From assembly GCA_050701635.1 (NCBI GenBank), contig JBOGDF010000001.1, positions 1 through 63,256 on the forward strand: DNA of 63,256 nucleotides, given 5' to 3'. The notes beneath the pieces were generated by a model. It did not search any database, was not told the origin of the DNA, and saw only the letters and a program-made list of their open reading frames with translations. Position numbers and translations under genes: made by a program. Each line of letters opens with the position of its first letter. The stretch's first letter is position 1. The DNA is from Micromonosporaceae bacterium (GTDB lineage Bacteria > Actinomycetota > Actinomycetes > Mycobacteriales > Micromonosporaceae). Below are positions 1 through 9,037 of this stretch, in pieces.

Positions 1-130
1 TCCAGGTGGTGCGTCGCAAGGCGGAGGAGGAGCCAATACCGGTGTTGTATTGGCGACGACGACAACGCCGCGAGGCGCCGGCTGGGCGCCGGAATTCGCA
101 AGCGAATCTCTGGCGCAGGGCACTAGCCGC
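1..130. repeat. Copy of a palindromic intergenic element (core AATACCGGTGTTGTATT), truncated by the window edge
   Basis: The 17-nt core at 35-51 is identical to 22557-22573. Flanking blocks GCAAGGCGGAG (16-26 vs 22537-22547) and CAACGCCGC (63-71 vs 22586-22594) are collinear with a 1-nt offset. The core sits inside the inverted repeat GCCAATAC/GTATTGGC. Confidence 0.55.
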
Positions 131-202
131 CGGCCACACCCGGCGCCGGCCAGCCGACCGTGTCCGGCCCCGCGCCGATATCGTCAAGGGGTGCGGGCAT
201 GG

Positions 203-1267
203 GTGATCGAGGCCCCCGGACCTTTCGGCGCCGGGTCGCTCGGGCTGGTCGAGAAGCCTCAGCCGGTACCCGGTCCCGGTGAGCTGCTGGTACGGGTACG
301 CGCCTGCGGCGTGTGCCGTACCGACCGGCACCTGGCCGAGGGCGACCTGCCGCCACACCGGCTCGCCACCGTGCCTGGCCACGAGGTCGTCGGCGAGGTG
401 GTCGGCCGCGGCCCCGACGTTGTGGGTGGCGCTGGCGGCGCTGGCGCCGGCTCTGCGGCTGGCGTTGGGGCCGGTGGCGCCGGTGGCGGGCCGGGGCGGA
501 TCCCGGACGGGGCGCTGGTGGGGATCGCGTGGCTGCGCGGCACCTGCGGGAGCTGCCGGTACTGCGCGCGGGGCGCCGAGAACCTGTGCCCGGAGTCGGC
601 GTACACGGGGTGGGACGCCGACGGCGGGTACGCGGAGTACGCCGTGGTGCCGGCGGCGTACGCGTACCGGCTGCCGCCCGATCGGGATCCGGTGGAGCTG
701 GCGCCGCTGCTGTGCGCCGGGATCATCGGCTACCGGGCGCTGCGGCGTACCGGGGTGCGGCCCGGGGACCGGCTCGGGATCTGGGGCTTCGGCGCGTCGG
801 CGCACATCGCCGCCCAGCTCGCGCTGGCGTCCGGGGCGGAGGTGCACGTGTTCACCCGCTCCGCCACGGCCCAGAAGCTCGCGTTGCGGCTCGGCGCCCA
901 CTCGGCACAGGGGGTGTACGGCGACAGCCCGGTGCCGTTGGACGCCGCGGTGATGTTCGCCCCGGTGGGCGAGCTGGTGCCGGTGGCACTGTCCACACTG
1001 GACCGGGGCGGCGTGCTGGCGATCGCGGGGATCCATCTGTCCGACGTACCCCCGCTGAATTACGAACGTCATCTGTTCTACGAGCGCGAGGTACGCAGCG
1101 TCACCGCCAACACCCGCGCCGACGGCGCGGAATTCCTCGCGCTGGCGGCGGCGGTACGCCCGCGGCTGTCCATCGCGCGCTACCCGTTCGAGCGGGCGGA
1201 CCGGGCGCTGGCCGACCTGGCGGCCGACCGGATCACCGGGGTCGCCGTGCTCGAGGTCGCGCCGTAG
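203..1267 (+). CDS. Zinc-dependent alcohol dehydrogenase (MDR superfamily)
   Basis: The conserved part of ORF 50..1267 starts at VIEAPGPF. It has GHEVVGEV, the catalytic-Zn Cys in CGVCRTD, the structural-Zn motif [15 protein letters not shown] and the Rossmann motif IWGFGASAH. The start is placed at GTG 203; the upstream 50 codons are Arg/Pro-rich and not protein-like. Confidence 0.8.
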   Translation: MIEAPGPFGAGSLGLVEKPQPVPGPGELLVRVRACGVCRTDRHLAEGDLPPHRLATVPGHEVVGEVVGRGPDVVGGAGGAGAGSAAGVGAGGAGGGPGRIPDGALVGIAWLRGTCGSCRYCARGAENLCPESAYTGWDADGGYAEYAVVPAAYAYRLPPDRDPVELAPLLCAGIIGYRALRRTGVRPGDRLGIWGFGASAHIAAQLALASGAEVHVFTRSATAQKLALRLGAHSAQGVYGDSPVPLDAAVMFAPVGELVPVALSTLDRGGVLAIAGIHLSDVPPLNYERHLFYEREVRSVTANTRADGAEFLALAAAVRPRLSIARYPFERADRALADLAADRITGVAVLEVAP

Positions 1268-1278
1268 CTGGTCACCGT

Positions 1279-1358
1279 GGAAGCGGAGATCGCCGTCCCG
1301 GGAACGAATCAGCTGCTCACGCAGCCGTTCTGTTCCCGAGACGGCGATCTTGCCTTCC
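1279..1358. terminator. Long imperfect hairpin between convergent adh and htpX (candidate bidirectional terminator)
   Basis: The left arm GGAAGCGGAGATCGCCGTCCCGGGAACGAA (1279-1308) pairs with the reverse complement of TTCTGTTCCCGAGACGGCGATCTTGCCTTCC (1328-1358). The loop is 19 nt. There is no U-tract. Confidence 0.4.
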
Positions 1359-1373
1359 AGTGAGCAACGGCGG

Positions 1374-2240
1374 TTAGTGGGTGGCGCCGGCCATCTGCTG
1401 CAGGCGGCGTACCCGCTCGGTCATCGGCGGGTGGGTGCTGAACAGCGACGCCAGGCCGCCGGCGCGCAGCGGGTTGGCGATCATCAGGTGCGCCGAGGAG
1501 GCGAGGTTGCCCTCCGCCGGCAGCGGACGCGCCCGGGCGCCCGCGTCGATCTTGCGGAGCGCGCTGGCGAGCGCCAGCGGGTCCCGCGACAGTGCGGCGC
1601 CGTCGGCGTCGGCCTGGTACTCCCGGCTGCGGCTGATCGCGAGCTGGATGATGCTCGCCGCCAGCGGCCCGAGGAACAGCATCAGCAGGAACCCGAGCGG
1701 CCCCGGACCGTCCTCGTCATCGCCGCCGATTGGGATGAACCACGCCAAGTACGCCAGCATCGTGATCATTCCGGACAGCGCCGCCGCCACCGACGAGATC
1801 AGGATGTCGCGGTTGTAGACGTGCGACAGCTCGTGGCCGAGCACGGCGCGTAGCTCCCGCCAGTCCAGGATGTCGAGGATGCCCTCGGTGACGCATACCG
1901 CCGCGTGGGCGGGGTTGCGCCCGGTAGCGAACGCGTTCGGCTGGCTGGTCGGGCTGACGTACAGCCGGGGCATGGGTTGGTTGGCCGCGCTGGCCAGCTC
2001 GCTCACCATGCGGTAGAGCTCGGGCGCCTGTTGCGGCGTCACCGGGCGCGCCCCCATCGCCCGCAGCGCGATCTTGTCCGACCAGAAGTACGCCCCGGCG
2101 TTTATCGCCAACGACAGCACCGCCGCGATCAGCACGCCGGTGCCGCCGCCGAGCAGGTAGCCGGCGCCGATAATCAGCGAGGTCAGCAGCCCGAGGAGCA
2201 GGGCCGTTTTCAGTCCGTTGTAGTGCCGGTGCACGCTCAT
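1374..2240 (-). CDS. htpX: Zinc metalloprotease HtpX
   Basis: The C-terminal 288 aa of ORF 1374..3725 carry the HELSH zinc motif, the EYQAD motif and N-terminal TM helices. ATG 2240 is preceded by GGAG. The 5' extension of the ORF runs antisense through nuoN2. Confidence 0.9.
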   Translation of the reverse strand: MSVHRHYNGLKTALLLGLLTSLIIGAGYLLGGGTGVLIAAVLSLAINAGAYFWSDKIALRAMGARPVTPQQAPELYRMVSELASAANQPMPRLYVSPTSQPNAFATGRNPAHAAVCVTEGILDILDWRELRAVLGHELSHVYNRDILISSVAAALSGMITMLAYLAWFIPIGGDDEDGPGPLGFLLMLFLGPLAASIIQLAISRSREYQADADGAALSRDPLALASALRKIDAGARARPLPAEGNLASSAHLMIANPLRAGGLASLFSTHPPMTERVRRLQQMAGATH

Positions 2241-2401
2241 CACTCCCGTCACATGCGTACCCAACACTGGTTTCAACAACCCCCCGCACGTCCCGCTTCC
2301 TGCCATTCGCTGTGAGTTACCTGGGTACGCCGCCCGCCGCCATCCTGGCGGGCTGCCGGACGTGTGTGGGGTTTCTCGCGGGGCTGGGCGGCGCCGCGCG
2401 G

Positions 2402-3991
2402 TCAGAAGGCGGTGGCGGCCTGGGCGGCGTCGAGCACGAGCTGCGGCGCGAAGCCGACGATCACGGCGAGCAGCGTGACCGCAGCGACCCCCACCAGCAC
2501 CGGCCAGGCGGTGGCCGGTACCGGCCCTACGACAGCCGCGGCGTCGGCGCCTCCGGTGGCGTCCGCAGCGGCGGCGGGCTCGGGGTCGAGGTAGAGCTGG
2601 GCGCCGACGCGTACGTAGTACGCCAGGCCGACCACGGCGTTGAGCGCGACCACCACGGCGAGCCAGCCGGCGCTGGTCTCCAGCAGCGCGCGTACCACCG
2701 TGACCTTGGCGAACAGCCCGGCCAGCCCGGGCGGCAGGCCAGCCAGCCCGGTGAGCGCCAGCGCGAGCGCGGCGGTCAGCCACGGCGCCCGCCCGGCCAT
2801 CCCGCGGTACTCCTCGATCGGCCCACCATCGGCCGCGCCGCGCATCCCGATCAGCGCCCCGAACGCGCCGAGCTCGATCAGTACGTAGAACACGGCGTAC
2901 CCGATGGTCGCGGCGACCGCGGTCGCCACCGCGTCGGCCGACCGTCCGGAGGCGAGCGCGAACGCGCCGAGCGGGGCCAGGATGTAGCCGGCCTGGGCGA
3001 CCGACGACCAGGCGAGCAGCCTTACCATCCGGGTCTGCCGCAGCGCGACGAGGTTGCCGACGGTCATGGTGAGCACCGCCAGCGCCGCGAGCGCGGGACC
3101 GACGACGTCGAGCCAGGGCTTGAGGGCGCCGACCACGACGTACAGCAGGGCGATCACGCCGCCCAGCTTCGAGGCGGTCGACAGGTAAGCGGCGATCGGG
3201 AGCGGCGCACCGTCGTACGTCCCGGGGGCCCAGGCGTGGAACGGCACCGCCGCCACCTTGAACGCCAGCCCGACCAGCACCAGCACCGCCGCGGCGGCGG
3301 CCAGCGGGATCTCGCGCAGCTGCCCCTGGCCGGCCAGCGCGCGCGCCAGCCCGTCGAGGTGTACGGCGCCGGTGAGCGCGTACAGCAGGGCGGCTCCCAT
3401 CAGGGTGACCGCGGTGGAGACCACGGAGACGACGAAGAAGTTCACCGCGCCGAGCACGCTGGCGAGTACGCCACGGCGCAGCCCGACCAGCACGTACAGC
3501 GGGAGGGTCAGGGTCTCCAGCGCCACGATCAGGGTGATCAGGTCGCGGGAGTAGCCGAGCACCACGCCGCCGGTGAGCGAGGCGAGCAGCAGGAACGCGT
3601 ACTCCCCCGCCGGCGGCCCGCCCGGCGCCCGCAGCGTCGGCACCGAGAACGCCAGCACCCCCAGGGTCAGTACGCAGAACAGCACCGCGACCACCGCGCC
3701 GGGCCGGTCCGCCACGTACGAGCACCCGGCACCGTCGGCGACGCAGAACGTACGCCGCACCGGGCCGAGCCCGACGGCGACCGCCGCCACCCCGGTGGCC
3801 ACCACACCCAGCGCCGCCGTCGCCAGCACCGCCGACCGGCGCGCCGCCGACCCCGGCGCCAGCACCAGATCCACCAGGAACACCAGCAACGCCGTCGCCG
3901 CCGCCAGGTACGCCGGCAGCAGCGCCACATGGTCGATCGAAGCCAGCCGCGTCACGGGAGCGGCGACATCCAGAGCGAGGGCCGGGATCAT
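2402..3991 (-). CDS. nuoN2: NADH-quinone oxidoreductase subunit N, paralogue 2
   Basis: Polytopic antiporter-like protein with a NuoN-type block (FKVAAVPFHAWAPGTYDGAP). ATG 3991 overlaps the nuoM2 stop (ATGA). Confidence 0.85.
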   Translation of the reverse strand: MIPALALDVAAPVTRLASIDHVALLPAYLAAATALLVFLVDLVLAPGSAARRSAVLATAALGVVATGVAAVAVGLGPVRRTFCVADGAGCSYVADRPGAVVAVLFCVLTLGVLAFSVPTLRAPGGPPAGEYAFLLLASLTGGVVLGYSRDLITLIVALETLTLPLYVLVGLRRGVLASVLGAVNFFVVSVVSTAVTLMGAALLYALTGAVHLDGLARALAGQGQLREIPLAAAAAVLVLVGLAFKVAAVPFHAWAPGTYDGAPLPIAAYLSTASKLGGVIALLYVVVGALKPWLDVVGPALAALAVLTMTVGNLVALRQTRMVRLLAWSSVAQAGYILAPLGAFALASGRSADAVATAVAATIGYAVFYVLIELGAFGALIGMRGAADGGPIEEYRGMAGRAPWLTAALALALTGLAGLPPGLAGLFAKVTVVRALLETSAGWLAVVVALNAVVGLAYYVRVGAQLYLDPEPAAAADATGGADAAAVVGPVPATAWPVLVGVAAVTLLAVIVGFAPQLVLDAAQAATAF

Positions 3992-5499
3992 CGGACCACC
4001 ACCTGCATCAGGGCGTCGACCGGGCCGGCGCTCAGCCACAGCACCAGGCCGGGGATCAGCCCGATCGCCAGCGCCAGCACCACCAGCGGACCCCACGCCA
4101 CCAGCTCACCGGCGGCCACTGGGCCGCATTCGGCGGTTTCGACCGCCGGCGACGCCGACCCATGGGTCACCCGCCGCAGCAGCCGCAGGAAGTACGCCGC
4201 GGTCACCGCGCCACCCACCGCGGCCAGTACGCCGAGCGTCAGCCACAGGCCACCGCCGTGCGCGATGGCGGCGTACACCGCGAAGGCTTCTCCCCAGAAG
4301 CCGGCGAGGCCGGGCAGCCCGAGCGAGGCGATCGCGGCGAAGCCGAGAATGCCGGCGAGCAGCGGCATCCGCTCCCGCAGCCCACCCAACTCGGTGAGGT
4401 CACCGGTCCCGAAGCGATCCTTGATCGCGCCGGCCAGGAAGAACAGCAGGCCGGTGATCACGCCGTGCGCGATATTGCCGATCAGCGCGGCCTGGAAGCC
4501 GGTGGCGGTCAGCGTCGCGATGCCGAGCAGCACGAACCCCATGTGGCCCACCGACGAGTACGCGATCAGCCGCTTCAGCTCGGTCTGCGCCAGGCACACC
4601 AGCGACCCGATCAGGATCGCGGCGACGGCGAGGATGCCCAGCACCGGCGCCAGCGCCTGCGCCCCTTCCGGCACCACCGCGACCACCCGGATCAGGCCGT
4701 ACGTGCCCATCTTCAGCAGTACGCCGGCCAGGATCACCGAGCCGACGGTGGGCGCCTCGGTATGCGCGTCCGGCAGCCAGGTGTGCAGTGGCCACAGTGG
4801 ACTCTTCACCGCGAACGCCAGCGCCAGCAGCACGAACGCCGCGATCTGTACGCCGCGCCCGATCCCCGCGCCACCCGCCCCGGAGAGCTCCACCAGGTCG
4901 GCGGTGCCGGCGGCAGCCACCACCGTGAACACGCCGACCAGCAGCAGCACCGACCCGAACAGCGTGTACAGCACGAACTTGCGCGCCGCCGCCTGCCGGC
5001 CCGGGCCGCCCCACACCGCGATCACGGCGTACATCGGGAGCAGGACGATCTCGAAGAACACGAAGAAGAGCACCAGATCCAGCGCCAGGAACACCCCGAC
5101 GATCCCGACCTCGATGATCAGCAGCAGGGCGACCAGATTCTTGCCGCCGCCGCAGTGCGGCTCGTACCAGAGGGTGTAGAGGCAGCACAGCAGCGTGAGC
5201 AGGGTGGTGAGCGCGACCAGCGGCCAGGAGATGCCGTCGACCCCGAGGTGGAAGCCCAGATCCAGCCCCGGCACCCACTCCAGGTCCAGCTCCACCCACG
5301 GCCGGATCACTGATTTCGGGGTGTACGAGAACCAAGGCCCGCTCCGCGCCACGAGCAGCCCGAGGCTGGCGAGGAACGCCAGGCCGGACACCGCCACGCC
5401 GGTCAGCTTCGCCGCCTGGTGCAGGCGCCACGGCAACGCCGCCGCGACCACGGCACCGAGCGCCGGCAACACCAGTACGGCGAGCAGCAGCCAGCTCAT
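3988..5499 (-). CDS. nuoM2: NADH-quinone oxidoreductase subunit M, paralogue 2
   Basis: NuoM-type block (WPLHTWLPDAHTEAPTVGSVILAGVLLKMGTYG). ATG 5499 overlaps the nuoL2 stop (ATGA) and has GGGGG 7 nt upstream. GTG 5505 is an alternative start. Confidence 0.85.
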   Translation of the reverse strand: MSWLLLAVLVLPALGAVVAAALPWRLHQAAKLTGVAVSGLAFLASLGLLVARSGPWFSYTPKSVIRPWVELDLEWVPGLDLGFHLGVDGISWPLVALTTLLTLLCCLYTLWYEPHCGGGKNLVALLLIIEVGIVGVFLALDLVLFFVFFEIVLLPMYAVIAVWGGPGRQAAARKFVLYTLFGSVLLLVGVFTVVAAAGTADLVELSGAGGAGIGRGVQIAAFVLLALAFAVKSPLWPLHTWLPDAHTEAPTVGSVILAGVLLKMGTYGLIRVVAVVPEGAQALAPVLGILAVAAILIGSLVCLAQTELKRLIAYSSVGHMGFVLLGIATLTATGFQAALIGNIAHGVITGLLFFLAGAIKDRFGTGDLTELGGLRERMPLLAGILGFAAIASLGLPGLAGFWGEAFAVYAAIAHGGGLWLTLGVLAAVGGAVTAAYFLRLLRRVTHGSASPAVETAECGPVAAGELVAWGPLVVLALAIGLIPGLVLWLSAGPVDALMQVVVR

Positions 5500-7391
5500 G
5501 CCCACACCCCCAGTACGGCCGCGACGCCGATCAGCAACGCGCCACCGAGCACCGCGACGGCGTACCCGGGGAGGCCGCGCCGGTGGGCGGCGGTGAGCAG
5601 CTGGCCGAGCCCGAGCGCGCCGGTGCCGGTGCCCTCCACGGCGCCGTCCACCAGCTGCTCGTCGCCCCGCCGGACCAGCCGGGCGACCGCGCGGACCGGG
5701 CGTACCACCAGGAAGTCCTGCACGTCGTCGAAGAAGAACGCGCGCGCGAACACCGGGCGCGTCGGGCCCAGCATCCAGGCCGGGTCGGCGGCGGTGTCAC
5801 GCCGCCACGCCCACCAGGCGCCCGCGCCGCCGAGACCGGTCAGCAGCAGCACCAGCAGCGTCAGCGGCAGGTCGAACTGGGGCAGCCGGGCCAGCCATGA
5901 TCCGCCCGCCGGCCACGCCCCGACCACCAGCCCGAGCAGCACGGACGGTACGGCGAGCACCAGCAGCGGCCAGCGCATCAGCGGCGGCGGGTCGTGCGGT
6001 GTGAACTCGGCCCGGCGGGCGCCGAAGAACGTACGCAGCCACAGCCGGGTGGCGTACCACCCGGTGACCAGTACGGTGGCCAGCCCGCTGAGCAGCACCA
6101 CCCAACCGACCCAGGTGGGCGGGCCGGGCGCGATCGCGCCGAACCAGCCGCCGCTGCCGGGCAGCCCGCTCTCGGAGGTGACCCGGGGATGCGTCGCCTC
6201 CCACGCCGCCCCGAGCACGCTCTCCTTGCTCCAGAAGCCGGCGAACGGCGGCAGCCCGGCCAGCGCCGCCAACCCGGCGGTCATGGTCCAGAAGGTGATC
6301 GGGCCGGCCCGCCAGGACCCGCCCATCCGGGACATCAGGTTGGAGCCGACCGCGTGGATCACCGCGCCGGCGCCGAGGAACAGCAGCGCCTTGAACGCCG
6401 CGTGGGTCAGCAGGTGGTACGTCGAGGACGCCAGCGACCCGACGGCAAGCGCCGCCGCCATGTAGCCGATCTGGCTCACCGTGGACCACGCCAGTACGCG
6501 TTTGATGTCGTCCTGCGCGGTCGCCGCGAGCGCGCCGAGCAGCATCGTGATCGCCGCCGACACCGCCAGCGCGCTCAACGCCACCGGCGCGTACAGGTAG
6601 ATCGGCAGCAGGCGGCCGACCACGTACACCCCGGCGGCGACCATGGTGGCGGCGTGGATCAGAGCGGAGATCGGGGTGGGGCCGGCCATCGCGTCCGGCA
6701 GCCAGGTGTGCAGCGGGAACTGCGCGCTCTTGCCCACCACGCCGGCCAGCAGCAGCAACCCGGCCGCGGTCAGCGTGCCGGTGCCCATCCCAGGCACCGC
6801 CTCGAGCACAGCGCCGATCTCGAAGCTGCCCGCCGCCAGCCCGAGCAGCACCACGCCCAGCCAGAAGCCGACGTCGCCGACTCGGGTCACCAGGAACGCC
6901 TTCACCGCCGCGCCCGGCGCCTCGGGCAGCCGCCGGTCATGGCCGATCAGCAGGTACGAGCAGATGCCCATGACCTCCCAGCCGACCAGCAGCTGGACCA
7001 GATCACTCGCGACCACCACGTTGAGCATCGCGGCGGTGAACAGGGAGACCTGGGCGGCGTACGGGACGTACCGCTCGTCGTCGTGCAGGTACGCCACCGA
7101 GTAGAGCTGTACGGCCGTCGCGACCACCCCGACGGCGACCGCGACCAGGACTGCGATCGCGTCGACCCGTACCCCCGCCGTCACCGCGATCTCGCCGAAG
7201 CGCACCACCGTGAGCGACGACTCCAGCGGGCCCGACAGCCCGAACGCGAGCAGCACCGCGGCGAGCAGCGCCACCCCGCACGACCCGGCGCCCAGCACCG
7301 CTGCCGCCAACCGGGACCGCAGCGGCAGCACCAGCCCCGCCAGCGCAGCCACGAACGGTACGAGCGGCAGCGCCGCCGCCAACCCACTCAC
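5496..7391 (-). CDS. nuoL2: NADH-quinone oxidoreductase subunit L, paralogue 2
   Basis: NuoL-type block (KSAQFPLHTWLPDAMAGPTPISALIHAATMV). GTG 7391 overlaps the nuoK2 stop (GTGA). The upstream part of ORF 5496..7745 is Arg-rich and overlaps nuoK2. Confidence 0.85.
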   Translation of the reverse strand: MSGLAAALPLVPFVAALAGLVLPLRSRLAAAVLGAGSCGVALLAAVLLAFGLSGPLESSLTVVRFGEIAVTAGVRVDAIAVLVAVAVGVVATAVQLYSVAYLHDDERYVPYAAQVSLFTAAMLNVVVASDLVQLLVGWEVMGICSYLLIGHDRRLPEAPGAAVKAFLVTRVGDVGFWLGVVLLGLAAGSFEIGAVLEAVPGMGTGTLTAAGLLLLAGVVGKSAQFPLHTWLPDAMAGPTPISALIHAATMVAAGVYVVGRLLPIYLYAPVALSALAVSAAITMLLGALAATAQDDIKRVLAWSTVSQIGYMAAALAVGSLASSTYHLLTHAAFKALLFLGAGAVIHAVGSNLMSRMGGSWRAGPITFWTMTAGLAALAGLPPFAGFWSKESVLGAAWEATHPRVTSESGLPGSGGWFGAIAPGPPTWVGWVVLLSGLATVLVTGWYATRLWLRTFFGARRAEFTPHDPPPLMRWPLLVLAVPSVLLGLVVGAWPAGGSWLARLPQFDLPLTLLVLLLTGLGGAGAWWAWRRDTAADPAWMLGPTRPVFARAFFFDDVQDFLVVRPVRAVARLVRRGDEQLVDGAVEGTGTGALGLGQLLTAAHRRGLPGYAVAVLGGALLIGVAAVLGVWA

Positions 7392-7723
7392 CCGCCCACC
7401 TCCGCGGACTCCGGCAGCACGTTGCCCTCCTCGGCGTCGATGCCGTCGGTGATCACGGTGCGGCGCAGCCGGTAGAGCTGCAGCACGATCGCGAGCCCGA
7501 CCCCGACCTCGGCCGCCGCCAGCACGATCACGAACAGCGTGAAGACCTGGCCGGTGCCGGGTCCGCCGAGCGTGGCGTCGGCGGTGACCAGCACCAGGTT
7601 GACGGCGTTCAGCATCAGCTCGACCGCCATCAGCAGCAGTACGGCGTTGCGGCGTACCAGCACGCCGTACACCCCGATGCCGAACAGCAGCGCCGCCAGA
7701 ACGTAAGGGATCACCGGATGCAT
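7388..7723 (-). CDS. nuoK2: NADH-quinone oxidoreductase subunit K, paralogue 2
   Basis: 111 aa with three TM helices and the NuoK block LMAVELMLNAVNL. Confidence 0.85.
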   Translation of the reverse strand: MHPVIPYVLAALLFGIGVYGVLVRRNAVLLLMAVELMLNAVNLVLVTADATLGGPGTGQVFTLFVIVLAAAEVGVGLAIVLQLYRLRRTVITDGIDAEEGNVLPESAEVGG

Positions 7724-8241
7724 CAGCGGCTCCCGGTCCGGTCACTGGCGCCGACGTCGGGGCGGGAGATCACGATCGCGCCGACCAGCGCGGCGAGCAG
7801 CAGCACCGAGAGCACCTCGAACGGCAGCACCCATTCCCGGAAGATCAACTCGCCGAGCTGCCCAGCCCCACCGGCCCGCGGCAACGGCAGCTCCACCCAC
7901 CGGTACGCGTCGACCAGCAGCGCCGCCAGCCCACCGCCGGCACCCGCCCCGATCAGAACTCCGGGGGTACGCCGCCGGTCCAGATCCCGGCTGCGCCCGA
8001 TCGGCGCCCGGGTCAGCATCACCGCGAACAGCAGCAGCACCACGACAGCGCCCACGTAGAGCAGCACCTGCACCCAGGCGACCAGCTCGGCGCCGAGTAC
8101 CAGGTAGCAGCCGGCCAGTCCGCCCAGCGCCACGACGAGCCACAGCCCGGCGCGTACCAGATGCGCGGTGGTGACCACCAGCAGCGCGGCGCCGAGGGTC
8201 ACGGCGCCGAGCGCGAGCAGCAGAACATCGGCGGTTGTCAC
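7723..8241 (-). CDS. nuoJ2: NADH-quinone oxidoreductase subunit J, paralogue 2
   Basis: 172-aa membrane protein with a NuoJ-like VQVLLYVGAVVVLLLFAVML block and a C-terminal FEVLSVLLLAALVGA. It sits directly upstream of nuoK2. Confidence 0.8.
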   Translation of the reverse strand: MTTADVLLLALGAVTLGAALLVVTTAHLVRAGLWLVVALGGLAGCYLVLGAELVAWVQVLLYVGAVVVLLLFAVMLTRAPIGRSRDLDRRRTPGVLIGAGAGGGLAALLVDAYRWVELPLPRAGGAGQLGELIFREWVLPFEVLSVLLLAALVGAIVISRPDVGASDRTGSR

Positions 8242-8422
8242 GTCGCCGCGCCTTCCCGATGCCTCCGCGGCCGATCATCCATGGCCGCCATCCTGCCGTG
8301 TACGCCGCCGCGATGCGACAACCACCCCAGGACGTGTCCGCCCGTCGGTCACCTTTCCCGCGTCGACCGTCCACGATGGCGGGGCTCCCCGGCGTGGCGC
8401 GATCCGGATAGTGTTGCCGGTG

Positions 8423-9034
8423 ATGCCGCGCTCCGAGATCATCACCCTGGTCGGCGTCGACGGGGCCGGGAAGAGCACGCAGGCACGGCTGCTCGCTGGT
8501 TGGCTCCGCGATCAGGGGGTACGTGCGGCGTACTTCGAAAATCCCGGTGGCCGCCCGGTGCTGACCCGCCTGGCGAAGCGGCTCGGGCGTGCCGACGCGG
8601 TGGCGTTGCTCGGACCGCGAGGGTTCCTGATCGTCGAAGCCACCGTACGGTGGGTGATGTTGTTCCGCGCGCTGCTGTGGTCGCGGCTGTCCCGCCAGGT
8701 CGCGGTGATGGACCGGTACACGTACTGCCAGTACGCGATGACGCGAGCCCGCGGCGTCGCCGGCGAGTCACTGGTCCGCAAGCTGTACGCCGGCTTCCCG
8801 CTCCCCGACCGGCGGTTTTTCCTCGACGTACCGCCGGAGTTGGCCCAGCAGCGGGTCACCGCCCGCGGCAAGGACCACGAGGAGCTGAGCTACCTGCGGG
8901 CGCTGCAGGCGGCGTACCACACCCTGCCGGAGTACGCGGACTTCACCGTGGTCGACGGGTCCGGCTCCACGGAAGCGGTCGCCGCCGAGCTGCACCGGCT
9001 GCTGGAGCCGGAACGCCGGGCCGACGCCGCGTAA
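8423..9034 (+). CDS. dTMP kinase-like P-loop kinase
   Basis: P-loop VGVDGAGKST near the N-terminus and a DRY motif (VMDRYTYCQYA), as in the thymidylate kinase family. ATG 8423 was chosen; GTG 8411/8420 are alternatives. The gene is convergent with nuoI2, with stops 4 nt apart. Confidence 0.6.
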   Translation: MPRSEIITLVGVDGAGKSTQARLLAGWLRDQGVRAAYFENPGGRPVLTRLAKRLGRADAVALLGPRGFLIVEATVRWVMLFRALLWSRLSRQVAVMDRYTYCQYAMTRARGVAGESLVRKLYAGFPLPDRRFFLDVPPELAQQRVTARGKDHEELSYLRALQAAYHTLPEYADFTVVDGSGSTEAVAAELHRLLEPERRADAA

Positions 9035-9037
9035 CCG

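Noticed and set aside
2312-5179. A 955-aa plus-strand ORF antisense to nuoN2/nuoM2. Similar long antisense ORFs occur at 22526..24265, 25434..27191, 34666..37572, 41414..43459, 43657..45282, 46788..48515 and 59033..61261.
   Set aside because: The translations are Arg/Pro/Gly/His-rich with no recognisable domains. They lie opposite genes with strong family motifs. Stop-free antisense frames are expected in DNA this GC-rich.
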